The notes under the pieces were generated by a model. It saw only the letters and a list, made by a program, of their open reading frames with translations. It was not told the origin of the DNA and searched no databases. DNA of 64,000 bases from the NCBI GenBank assembly GCA_035221665.1, contig CM069145.1, positions 46,500,001-46,564,000 of the forward strand, in the 5' to 3' direction. This document shows positions 50,803 through 61,801 of this stretch, one piece after another; position 1 is the stretch's first letter, and each line of letters opens with the position of its first letter. Position numbers and translations under genes: made by a program. This DNA comes from Okamejei kenojei (Eukaryota).

Positions 50803-51040
50803 GTAATTGTGGCAGTTGAATTTTAATGACTTGCATGGTAGGAATGGCACTGTTTAATTTTTCACTTGCGGTGTGTACAGATCCATGAAGAACAGCACTC
50901 TTCTCAATAGCATTCTTCTCAATGTTTTAAAGGTCAGAAAAGGCCATCTGTAAGATGCATAATGCAGTTACCATCTTCCACTTCAGTAGCTGTGTCAGTA
51001 GTGAAATTGATGAAATCAGTGAATTTTCACAGCAGATGCA

Positions 51041-51337
51041 GGGCAGCACAGTCTAGAGTAGAATAGGGTAGAGCTACTGTCTCTCAGTGCCAGAGACCTG
51101 GGTTTGATCCTGACCTTGAGGTTCCATGTGACCATGTGGGTTTCATCCGGGTGCTCCGGTTTCCTCCCACATCCTAAAGATGTGCAGATGTGTAGATTTA
51201 TTGCCCTTTCTAAATTGCCCCTAGTGTGCAAGGAGTGGACGAGAAAGTGGCATGACATGGAACTAGTGTGAACGGGTGAATGATGGGTCTGAGTGGGCTG
51301 AAGGGACATACATGCTATATCTCTAAACTAAACTAAG
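51041..51337 (+). mobile_element. HE1-type V-SINE
   Basis: GGGTGCTCCGGTTTCCTCCCACATCCTAAAGA core, (CTAAA)n tail. Confidence 0.85.
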
Positions 51338-51394
51338 TAATGTTTGATCAATACTAAATTAGTACATATTTTGCTGGAGTAATGTTTTGCAAAA

Positions 51395-51810
51395 GGAACT
51401 GTAGCAATTGGAGACTTGAGAGACTGCAGATGCTGTAGTGAGCAGTTCGGGTAGTATCGGGAGGGAATTCTCAAGTGACATTTCGGGACCCTTCTCGGTT
51501 TGAGGAAGGGTCATGATCTGAAACATTGTGTATCCATTCTCTTCCCAGATGCTGACAGACAAAAGTCAAAGTAAGTCAAAGTATCCTTTATTGTCATTCA
51601 GACTTTTCAGTCTGAACGAAATTTCGTGCCTTGCAGTCATAACATAGAATAGAATAACAAAACACACAATGAACACAGATTTAACATCCACCACAGTGAG
51701 TCTACCAGGCACCTCCTCACTGTGATGGAAGGCAAAAGTCTTAAAGTCCTTTTCTCTTCCCTCCTTGTTCTCGCTGAGTTCCTCCAGCACTGTGTGTTTT
51801 ACTTTAGCAT
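51395..51810. mobile_element. Penelope-derived palindromic element with a nested 3' fragment (about 51560-51772, minus strand) of the 40433-type retroposon
   Basis: PLE arms CAGATGCTG / GCTGAGTTCCTCCAGCA split by a block matching 41310-41490 in reverse. Confidence 0.7.
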
Positions 51811-52065
51811 TTTAAAATTAAAAGGATGGTAAACTATTGGAAATGGTAATTTAACCACCATCTTGCTGTACCTGCTGTGCACCTCCGATCTCTGTTTCTA
51901 GAAGTACAACTGCCTAGAAATGTCAGTGTGCCTTAAAAGAGTATACTGGAATAGCATGGGTATGATGGAGAAATAAATGTTTAATATTCAATATTAAATA
52001 TTCACCATGTAAAAATTCTAGTTGATCACTTTGTAGATTTGCACATAAGTTGCCTTAAATCCCTC

Positions 52066-52299
52066 TTTAGTTTAGTTTAGAGATACAGGCCCTTCGGCCC
52101 ACCAAGTCCGCACCAAGCCAATTAACCTGCAAACCTGTACATCTTTGGAGTGTGGAAAGAAATCGAAGATCTCGGAGAAAATCCATGCAGTCACGGGGAG
52201 AATGTACTACTCCATACAGGCAGAACCCGTCGTCGGGGTCCAACCAGGGTCTCTGGCGCTGTAAGGCAGCAGCTCCACTGCTGCAGCAGTGTGCCGCCC
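52066..52299 (-). mobile_element. HE1-type V-SINE
   Basis: (tttag)n tail, V core, GGGCGGCAC head on minus strand. Confidence 0.8.
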
Positions 52300-52741
52300 C
52301 TCTTATCCCGGTTCAAGATGTGTGTTTCATCCTGTGGCTAGAGTGATGGACGTTGGTCTTAGTGACACCAGCAGTACTGTGGCCTTTTGGTCAGGAGGTG
52401 GGGAGAATTGCTGCAGGGGAGTTGGTGAAGCAATTGGGAGTCATGAAGGGCTTTACCAATCCAGTAGTTGAGGAGGGGACAGTTAGCAGAATTGGTGATA
52501 GTATGGTAATAATGAGGGAGTCTGGAATGCTCTGGCAAAAGGATTGGGGAAAATGCCAGAAGTATTTGCACAGATCACGCGCTTTGGGTGATCTGGTGGT
52601 AGGTTTGGAGTACAGTGAGCACAAGAATGAATATAATCATTTTATTTAGCTAGCGGGCTTCCCAAGTTGGCGTTATTTTTAAGGTATTAGGCACCTAAAT
52701 ATGGATGTTCCCATCACAATGCAGTGCAGGTTTCTTTACAG

Positions 52742-53415
52742 CCTGGGCTGCGGAACCGGGGGGCTGCAGCCGCTCCACGTTTTTGGCGAGACATGCTTCA
52801 TAACTCAAAATTATCCGGTCCACAGGCGTATTTTTCTCTTCTTCTGAGGACCTCTGACATCCCGAATCTCAGAACAAGCGCACAGTGAGCGCAGCAAACC
52901 CAAAGATCATGGACCAGCTGTGGAGGAAACCGACTGCCCCCCCCAAAATCCTTCCTCCCCTCCGCTCAACAGCCAATCACAGCGTGGTTCGCAGTCGAGA
53001 TATGGGGCAGTGAACGAAGCGTTGTGATTATCCGACAAGCGGAAGGGAGGGAGGGTGAGCCCCGAGAGAGGGAGAGTCGGCCCTGAGAGGGAGGGAGAGA
53101 GAGAGAGTCGGCCCCGGGAGGGAGGGAGATAGAGAGTCGGCCCCGAGCGGGGGAGAGAGAGAGAGAGAGTCGGCCCCGAGAGAGAAAGGGGGGTGGGGAG
53201 AGATATATCCACCCCCACCCCCCCACCCCCCACTTTTTGAGTTGGGGGACAGCCTGTATTATCCCCCAGTTTTTGGAGGTCGAGCAACAACAAAAAATAA
53301 TAATTGTGCCACCCTCCCCGCGCTCGGTCGTTCCGCTCCCTCACCGGGTACCCCCGAGGCCGGTGATCAGTGATCGCTCAGCCCCCCCACTTTCAAAAAT
53401 GTTCCGTGGCCCCTG
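52742..53415. mobile_element. GC-rich hAT-like MITE with internal GA-rich tandem repeat (GAGAGTCGGCCCCGAG, 53055-53185)
   Basis: Imperfect TIR ..GGGCTGCGGAAC / GTTCCGTGGCCCCTG; TSD not resolved. Confidence 0.55.
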
Positions 53416-53745
53416 TACAGTGCTTCAAAAGTAGCAATATATACCACCAATGTTCCTCAAATCACATTGGAGTAGAAAAGGTTATTCATGATAGTAGGTG
53501 CTGATCTGATTTCACAAAGTGACTTTACCTGAAATTGGCTGCGAACAGAGTTCACCCCCAGTTGCATTGACTTTGTCACAGTTCTGAAATAAAGTAATAC
53601 AATTGTGTGATTCAACTCTGAATCAATATTGCTGTGTTTTGAAATGTTATCCTTATTTGCTTAAACGTTTAACCTGGCAGTCCACCATTTTAAGACATTA
53701 CTTTGCAAAGTATTTTAAATACTATCCTGTTTCCCTCCCTTTTAG

Positions 53746-53876
53746 GTATGATGACTTTATTAAAAATTTGCCACTGTCACAATATTGCAATCCTGAAGGA
53801 AATCTAAATCTGGCATCCCGGCTACCGAATTTCTTTGCTCAACCAGACCTAGGGCCGAAACTGTACAGTGTTTATG
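53746..53876 (+). CDS. JMJD1C: JMJD1C exon 21-equivalent (YDDFIKNLPL...NLASRLPNFFAQPDLGPKLYSVY)
   Basis: tttag|G, ATG|gtaagc, 131 nt, phase 2-1. Confidence 0.95.
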
Positions 53877-53965
53877 GTAAGCAGGAAGTGTTCTGCACTG
53901 TTCAAAATATTTTTTTTTGGGGTGGGTAGGAAGATCTAATATGTAAGTGATTGCATTATTTACAG

Positions 53966-54082
53966 GGCAAACATCAGTGAAAGAATTTGGAGCTACTAAC
54001 CTCCATCTCGATGTTGCTGATGTAGTCAATGTCCTTGTCTATGTAGGAGTACCAAAAGGGAATGGAAACAATCACAGAGCAG
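53966..54082 (+). CDS. JMJD1C: JMJD1C exon 22-equivalent, JmjC HxD motif (GATNLHLDVADVVNVLVYVG)
   Basis: tacag|GG, CAG|gtaatg, 117 nt, phase 1-1; CAT CTC GAT (HLD) at 54004-54012. Confidence 0.95.
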
Positions 54083-54859
54083 GTAATGTTTTCAAAGCAA
54101 CGGTTTGTGAACTTTTTAATGAGTCATTACTGCACGTTTTTAGCCTTTCTACCTATCTAACTTTATCACCAATATTTAAAGCAACAGATTTTAAGCAATT
54201 TGAATTTAACAAAAACATACCATGCATCATTAGGTAGTGCAAAAGAGAAAATAAACAGAGTCCAAAATATAGTGTTACAGCTACAGAGAAAAGTGCAGAT
54301 TAAAAAGAAAAATGCAAGGTTTGCAACAAGGTGGCTTGGAATATCTGGAATTCATCCCTAGCAAATGCGAGGTCCATTTAAAAGCCTGATAACAGTGGGG
54401 ACGAAGCAGATCTCAGTACATGTTTTCACGCTTTTGTATCTTCTACCCAACGGGAGAGGGTGAGAATAGAGATGAACCAGGGCATGAGTGGTCTTTAATT
54501 ATGTCAGCTGCATTCCTGTGGCAGTGTAAAGTGTAAAACTGGAGACTACTCCTCAACATTTACATTCAAAAGAATTGAAGGTATTACCTGATCTTCGAAT
54601 GTTACGCATTTAGCATTGACAACCTAATTGTTTTAGAGTTGCAGATAATGGGGGGTGGGAAAGTGTTGTGGTTGCAGGGGCTACGGTAGGGAAATAGGCA
54701 GATGATCAAAGGTGTGAGGTCAGGCAAATTGCCTGGGTTGGATGAGACTGGTGTCTCCGAGTGCGGGTTGCCTGGGCAGATGAATTGGGCTTGAGAGTGA
54801 TGCCTTGGGATCAGTGATGAGCTGGATGGAGCAATCAGGAACAATGAAAATTATTACGT

Positions 54860-55290
54860 ATGATGAGTGTTTGATAGCTCTGGGCCTGTCCTCACAGGAG
54901 CTTAGAAGCATGAGGGCGGATCTCATTTAAACATCAAATAATGAAAGGCCTGGATAGAGTGCATGTGGAGAGGTTGTTTCCACTTGAGAGAGAGTAGGAC
55001 CAGATGGCACAGCCTCAGAATAAAAGGATTTGCCTTTAGAACGGAGACGAGGAAGAATTTCTCTAGCCAGGTGGTGAATCTGTGGGAATCATTGCCACAG
55101 ATGGCTGTGGAGGCCGTCTTTGGATATTTTTAAAGCGGAGTTTGATAGGTTCTTAATTAGTAACGGTGTCAAAGGTTACGGGGAGAAGGCAGGAGAATGG
55201 GGTTGAGAGGAAAAGATAGATCAGCCATAATTGAATGACTGGACTCGCTGGGCTGAATGACCTAACTCTGCTCCTGGGTCTTATGAACAC
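54860..55290 (+). mobile_element. CR1 3' fragment
   Basis: Matches CR1 ORF2 end and 3' UTR (GGTTACGGGGAGAAGGCAGG, CCTAACTCTGCTCCT). Confidence 0.8.
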
Positions 55291-55866
55291 AACATTTACA
55301 TAAGGTACTCTCCTGGGGGAATGTGGATACCTCTGACTTTCTAGCAGATACCAGAGTTCGTATTATGTATGGTAGAATTTTGGACAGGTGAAGTCAAGTG
55401 ACTATTTTAAGTTTTTTTACTTAATTGCATGAGTCAAATGATCTTCTAAATGTTCTGCATATCAATAGAAATGTGCAGTGTGTTTCATCCTGAACTTACT
55501 GGTCCAAAGTAAATAAGTCCAACAAAGTAAAGTTGCAATTATTGCAGTGATAATATGTCTTCAGCTGAAGACTGCAACAGCACATCATGTGGAAGAAAAG
55601 GCACCTCCACAAGTAACCTCCACACATAACTGTTGATATGCAGATAACTGTCACGTTTGTCTTGTAATAGTAGTGAATGACTTAACCTTTATTACTGTGA
55701 AGTATCGACCTACATTGTCATAGTTTCACTAATAACACCACTCGTACTTACTCCCTAAAATGACCTGTGACTGAGGAAAAGGTTTTAGTAGAATATGCTG
55801 AATGTTAAATTAAACATGCTGATACCTAGTGATATTAGCTGAGATTACTATCTCCTGTTTTTCCAG

Positions 55867-56003
55867 CTATCTTGAAAAAAATTGAAGAAGAAATTGATGA
55901 AAGCACAAAGAAGAGATTGAAGAACAGTAATGAGACTCCAGGTGCTTTGTGGCATATCTTTTCAACTAAAGATACAGACAAAATAAGGGAGTTTCTGCAA
56001 AAG
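55867..56003 (+). CDS. JMJD1C: JMJD1C exon 23-equivalent (ILKKIEEE...PGALWHIFSTKDTDKIREFLQK)
   Basis: tccag|CT, AAG|gtatat, 137 nt, phase 1-0. Confidence 0.95.
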
Positions 56004-56886
56004 GTATATAGTTCATGCATTTATAGAACACAGGCATTCAGAAAAGGTGCAGTCATCTGTGGTGGAAGATATTACATTGAAATGTAAATGCAGCCATTAA
56101 GCCATTGTAATAAAAAAAACAAAATATCAGTATTGTCAAATGTTTTGGAAGTTTGCATTGGTTCCTTTCTGATTTTATTGATGTAATGGATCCCAATTTC
56201 TGAATTAGGAGAAACTGAAGAATTTAACATCTCTCTAACTGCATATATGATACTTGGAGAGTTTTAAAATCTTTAAGTAAAACAAGAAGACTTGCTGCAC
56301 AGTAAACCCTCGTTATAACAGACCATCTTCTGGACTCTACTTCAGACTGATTCAGTCTGCTGAGTTACACCAGCTCTTTGTGTTGTTTCACCTTAAGGCG
56401 CTGATGCCGCCTGTCAGCACCAGCGAGCCCTTCTTCACTGGTACATGCGGCTGATGTTGCGGCTCAAGTTGTGACTCCTGCTGACAACGCCTTCTTCAAG
56501 CTGCCTCCAACGACCAGATACTCTCGGTCACTGTGAGGTTCCCTCCCTTCTCACCTGCTGCTACTTCCAAGGTGGAGTATGTTGGTGACTCCAAGGGAGA
56601 AGTAGGAGGGTGCAGCGGTGGAGGGGGAGGTGTGGAAGACGACGACTGGACAGAGAGATGGAAGAAGCAGGAGAGAGTGGCGGTCAGGTGTCCATTAAAA
56701 GGGTTTAGAAGGATTTACTGTACATCCTTTGAGATAAGTTGTATTTACTTTGCTTTTGTGCTTCCTAAACATTGTTATACTTTTGAAATTGGGCCATGCT
56801 TAGAAAAAAAACCTGTATCGCCTTATGTTATTTGGTAGCCTAAGTTTACTAGTGGTGAGAGATTTTTTTTTTACATTTTCTAAAAG

Positions 56887-57060
56887 GTTAATGAGGAATT
56901 GGGTCAAGAGTCACCTGAACATGATCCACTCCTTGATCAGATCTGCTACCTGGATAAGAAAATGCGCCAGAGGCTCTGTGAAGAATGCGGAATACAATGC
57001 TGCTCCATCTTGCAGTTCTTGGGTGATACATTCTTAATACCAGCTGGGACATTGCGTCAG
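56887..57060 (+). CDS. JMJD1C: JMJD1C exon 24-equivalent (VNEELG...EHDPLLDQ...QFLGDTFLIPAGTLRQ)
   Basis: aaaag|GTT, CAG|gtaatt, 174 nt, phase 0-0. Confidence 0.94.
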
Positions 57061-57089
57061 GTAATTCAGGATATTCATGCCAGTTAATC

Positions 57090-57765
57090 TCAGTACATGG
57101 TGATTGAAAGCAGAGGGTAGAGGCCTGTGGGGTTTTCTGACTGGAAATCTGTAACAAATGTTGTGCTACAGGGATTGTTGCTGGGACTTCTGTTGCTTGT
57201 AATATATATTAATGACTTGGATGATGATATAGATAGTCTGAATAGTTAGCTTGCAAATGTTGCAAAAAAATGGAGGGATCATTGATAGCAAAGTCGTTTT
57301 GGCTGGGGATACAAAAGGATATAGATGATCTGGAAGACTGGTTGGAGCTAAGGCAGGTGGATTTTAATCCAGACAAATGGGGATGTGATGCATTTTGGCA
57401 AGTTAAATTCTGCAAAGACATTTAGAGTTAATGTCAGATACCTTGGAGTTCTGGGTTTATTCTCAGAGGGTGATTTTATAGATTTTTGTAAAATATATGA
57501 TGGGCATAAATGGGATAGATCATGTCAGATAAAATTTAAAGGAAATCTGAGGGGTATGTTTTTCACACGGTGTGAGTTGAGATGCCAGTTGAGGTGGTAT
57601 TTACAAATACAATTACCACATTAATAAGACAATTTAAACAAGTACTGGCAGATGTAAGGTTTGGACAGTCACGGGCCTATTACAGGCAACAGGATTAGCA
57701 TGGATATGTACCACAAACAACATGAATGAGGTGGACCTACAGAGTCCACTTCTGTGCAATATGAT
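57090..57765 (+). mobile_element. Degenerate CR1 fragment
   Basis: IYINDLD, FNPDK, MHFGK remnants. Confidence 0.65.
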
Positions 57766-58078
57766 TCTTTGGTTTTATATCCTGGCTTCTTTGTCTTCAA
57801 TCATATAAAGAAAGAACACAAAGTACAGCAATTCCAGGAGCAATCTTTATGCAAGTTATTCCCTCAGACATTGAGCTTTATTTATATTTTAATTGTTGAT
57901 TGTTTCCAAAATGGGGGTACAGTGCATAAATTAAGATTTCTTGTTGAGATGTTTTTCTTAATTAGAATTGTTGCATGCATTATTCCTATAATTAAATGTA
58001 ATGTGTTTTGGCAAGTTATATTTGTTTATATTATGAATGTTAGATTCATTGCACAGTGGTTTGGTGTTTGCTTTGCAG

Positions 58079-58213
58079 ATGCAGAGTATTTACAGTTGCA
58101 TTCAAGTTTCTGGAGACTTTGTGTCACCTGAGCACATAGCACAGTCTTTCCATCTGACACATGAGCTAAGACATCAGTCAAAAGATGAGATAAACTATGA
58201 GGATAAATTACAG
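58079..58213 (+). CDS. JMJD1C: JMJD1C exon 25-equivalent (MQSIYSCIQVSGDFVSPEH...INYEDKLQ)
   Basis: tgcag|ATG, CAG|gtatga, 135 nt, phase 0-0. Confidence 0.95.
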
Positions 58214-58628
58214 GTATGAACCTTTTTGCTCTAGACGCTCTACTGGCCAGTTCCAATTAAGGTTTTGAAGGAAAATGGTTGTTTTCAGGAAGAGTTGATG
58301 GGAAGAGAGAGCAATGAATTCTAAATTATTGTAGTATTATTAGATTCTTGGTTTATAATTTCACATAATTTATGACCACCATTTTTTATTGCTTCAATTA
58401 CATTGCATAAACCGAGGGGAATAGGTCCAGAAAATGCATGTTAATATCTTGAACATAGCAGGAAAATTAATTTGTTTCCATTCTTCCATAAATGTTCATA
58501 ATAGTTGTCCTGTTAGTGGAATTGTATATTATTTTTGTTTATAGAATCTACTATGCGTACATCTGATATACAACAATTTGATGAATAGAATTAATTGACC
58601 AAATCTCTTGTAAGCAGCACATTACATA

Positions 58629-60226
58629 CAGTGCCCTCCATAATATTTGGGACAAAGACCCATCATTTATTTATTTGCCTCTGTACTCCACAATTTGTGA
58701 TTTGTAATAGAATAAAATCACATGTGGTAAAAGTGCACATTGTCAGATTTTATTAAAGGCTATTTTTATACATTTTGGTTTCATCATGTAGAAATTAAAG
58801 CTGTATTTATAAATAGCCCCCCCATTTCAGGGCACCATAATGTTTGGGACACATGGCTTCACAGGTGTTTATAATTGCTCAGGTGTGTTCAAATGCCTCC
58901 TTAATGCAGGTACAAGAGAGTTCTCAGCACCTAGTCTTCCCTCCAATCTTTCCATCACCTTTGGAAACTTTTACTGCTGTTTATCAACATGAAGACTAAA
59001 GTTGTGCCAATGAAAGTCAAAGAAGCCATTATGAGACTGAGAAACAAGAATAAAACTGTTAGAGATATCAGCCAAACCTTAGGCTTACCAAAATCAACTG
59101 TTTGGAACATCATTAAGAAGAAAGAGAGCACTGGTGAGCTTACTAATCGCAAAGGGACTGGCAGGCCAAGGAAGATGATGGCAGAGGAATTCTCTCTATA
59201 ATAAAGAAAAATCCCCAAACACCTGTCCGACAGATCAGAAACACTCTTCGGGCGTCAGGTGTGGATTTGTCAATGACCACTGTCCGCAGAAGACTTCGTG
59301 AACAGAAATACAGAGGCTACACTGCAAGATGCAAACCACGGGTTAGCCGCAAAAATAGGATGGCCAGGTTAGTTTGCCAAGAAGAACTTAAAAGAGCAAC
59401 CACACTTCTGGAAAAAGATCTTGTAAAAGGATGAGATGAAGATTAACTTATATCAGAGTGATGGCATGAGCAAAGTATGGAGGAGAGAAGGAACTGCCCA
59501 AGATCCAAAGCATACTACCTCATTTGCAGACCACCTCATCTGTGAAACACGGTGGTGGGAGTGTTATGGCCTGGGCATGTACGGCTGCTGAAGGTACTGG
59601 CTCACTTATCTTCATTGATGATACAACAGCTGATGGTAGTAGCATAATGAATTCTGATGTGTATTTGCACAAGTTCAAACAAATGCCTCCAAACTCATTG
59701 ACTGGCGGTTCATTCTACAGCAAGACAATGATCCCAAACATACTGCTAAAGCAACAAAGGAGTTTTTCAAAGCTAAAAAATTGTCAATTCTTGAGTGGCC
59801 GTCAATCATTCGATCTGAACCAAATTGAGCGTGCCTTTTATATGCTGATGAGAAAACTGAAGCATAAGGTAAAGATGGCTGCAATACAGACCTGGCAGAG
59901 CATCACCAGAGAAGACAACCAGCAATTGGTGATGTCCATGAATCGCAGACTTCAAACAGTCATTGCATGCAAAGGATATGCAACAAAATACTAAACGTGA
60001 CATTGCTGTGTCCCAATCATTATGGTGCCCTGAAATGCGGGGGACTATGTATAAACACTTCTGTCATTTCTACATGATGAAATCAAAATATATAAAAATG
60101 GCCTTTATTAAAATCTGACAATGTGCACTTTAACCACATGTGATTTTTTTTCTATTACAAATTGTGCAGTACAGAGGGAAATAAATAAATGATGGGTCTT
60201 TGTCCGAAACATTATGGAGGGCACTG
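58629..60226 (+). mobile_element. Tc1/mariner DNA transposon copy 3 (defective)
   Basis: TA|CAGTGCCCTCCATAAT...ATTATGGAGGGCACTG|TA, 1598 bp; transposase remnants in ORFs 58989 and 59524. Confidence 0.95.
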
Positions 60227-60744
60227 TATGATACAACTAACTCCATTTCACATTTTAGTGCTGAATAAGATAACACAACATTTGGTCCATTCTGGCAGTT
60301 TTGATTCTTTAATAAAATGAACTAATTAATCTTATTCTCCTCTTCTTTCTATCTAAGTTTGTTTTCCTTTATACTTGATATTTGATTATATTCAAACATT
60401 GCCACCCTATCCAAATGCCACCAATTTATTTCACATATTAATAGGGAGCGTAACATTTCCCTGTATCTTTGATAATTCTTTGCCAGTCATATAAGGGTCT
60501 CGACCCGAAATGTCGCCTATCTCCTTTGCTCCTTAGATGCTGCTGCACCCGCTGAGTTTCTCCAGCCTTTTTTGTAACCCCCCATTGAAATGTGTATCTC
60601 TGGTTAGTCTGCATACAGTTTTATTTTTCTTAATCAAAATAAATATTTCTCTGAAGTTTATCTTTGGTCTTCTCCATTCTAAGATTAAATCCAACTTCCA
60701 AAAACTTCGTATTATCTCTAAAATGATAACATTCTTACTAAAGT

Positions 60745-61140
60745 GTAGCTCCATCCAAGACCCTAAGAAATTGCAGAGAATTGTGGGCGCAGTCCAGACC
60801 ATCACACCTCTCTTCCATTGACTCCGTTTACACCTCACAAAGCCTCGGCAAGGCCACTAGCATAATAATCAAGGATGAGTCGCATCCCGGCCATTCCCTC
60901 TTCTCCCCTCTCTCATCGGACAAAAGGTATAGAAGTGTGAAAACGCACATCTCCAGATTCAGGGACAGTTTGTTCTCGATTGTTATCAGGCTACTGAACC
61001 ATCCAAACAACAACTAGAGAGCAGTCCTGAGCTACTATCTACCTCAATGGAGACCCTCGGACTATCTTTGATCGGACTTCATCTTTAACTAAACATTATT
61101 CACGTTATTCCCATTATCACATATCTACACACTGTGGATG
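60745..61140 (+). mobile_element. Rex1/Babar-clade LINE 3' fragment
   Basis: IIKDESHPGHSLFSPL.S.KRYRS.K....RFRDS.F...IRLLN. Confidence 0.8.
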
Positions 61141-61717
61141 ATTGAAAAACAAGAATAAGGAGATCTTGCTGCATGACAAAAAACATATGCATGAGGAGCA
61201 TTGGGAGGCTGTACAGCCCTTGACTCCATTCAGTTAGATCATAAAGCATGTGATTTTTTGCCTCAATACCACATTTCTGCCCATTCTTTCCATAACCCTT
61301 GATTCTGCGGTATCCTGAAAGTTTGTTTCAGTGTTCATCGGCAAAAGGATTCTGAGGACTTGTAACCTGCTGAGAGTAACACTTCCTTATTACAGTGTTC
61401 ATTGGACAACCTGTTAACGCAAGATGAACTAACCATAGTTCTTACTCTTGCAAGGCTGGGAAACCTCTTAGCAGCATCTGCCTTGTCATACCAGCCTCAG
61501 AATTTTGATTATGATGGGAGGAACTAGATATTTGTATATCTGGCTTTGTATGGCTTTGTTTATTGGCTAATATAATTTGCTTCAACATTTCGTATATAGG
61601 CTAATATAATTGGCTTCCATATTTAACAGCAAATATATTTTCTAAACTTTGTTAAAATGATGGCCATATTTATCCTTGGAATTGCTTGTGCTAATCAATT
61701 CTAATGTCTCTCTGCAG

Positions 61718-61801
61718 ATAAAAAATATAATTTACCATTCTGTTAAAGATGCTGTGGGAACTCTGAGACTGCATGAAGAAAATGCACATCAAAAGGTTTA
61801 G
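61718..61801 (+). CDS. JMJD1C: JMJD1C terminal coding exon (IKNIIYHSVKDAVGTLRLHEENAHQKV*)
   Basis: tgcag|ATA, TAG stop ending at 61801. Confidence 0.94.
   Translation: MKNIIYHSVKDAVGTLRLHEENAHQKV

Larger units (their letters stand above)
6515..61801 (+). other. JMJD1C: JMJD1C gene body (5'-partial), 23 coding exons equivalent to human exons 4-26
   Basis: Hand-spliced exons give a continuous 2283-aa frame with JMJD1C-type motifs (DDIDSLSPVLRDNP, QDSATQWFTGII, FHTKLKKAWLTRHSEEDK, C6 zinc finger, LRELL, JmjC, INYEDKLQ); all introns GT-AG with matching phases. Confidence 0.95.

Noticed and set aside
6515-61801. JMJD1C as a pseudogene because of the catalytic substitutions
   Set aside because: All 23 exons keep frame, phase and canonical splice sites, with no stops
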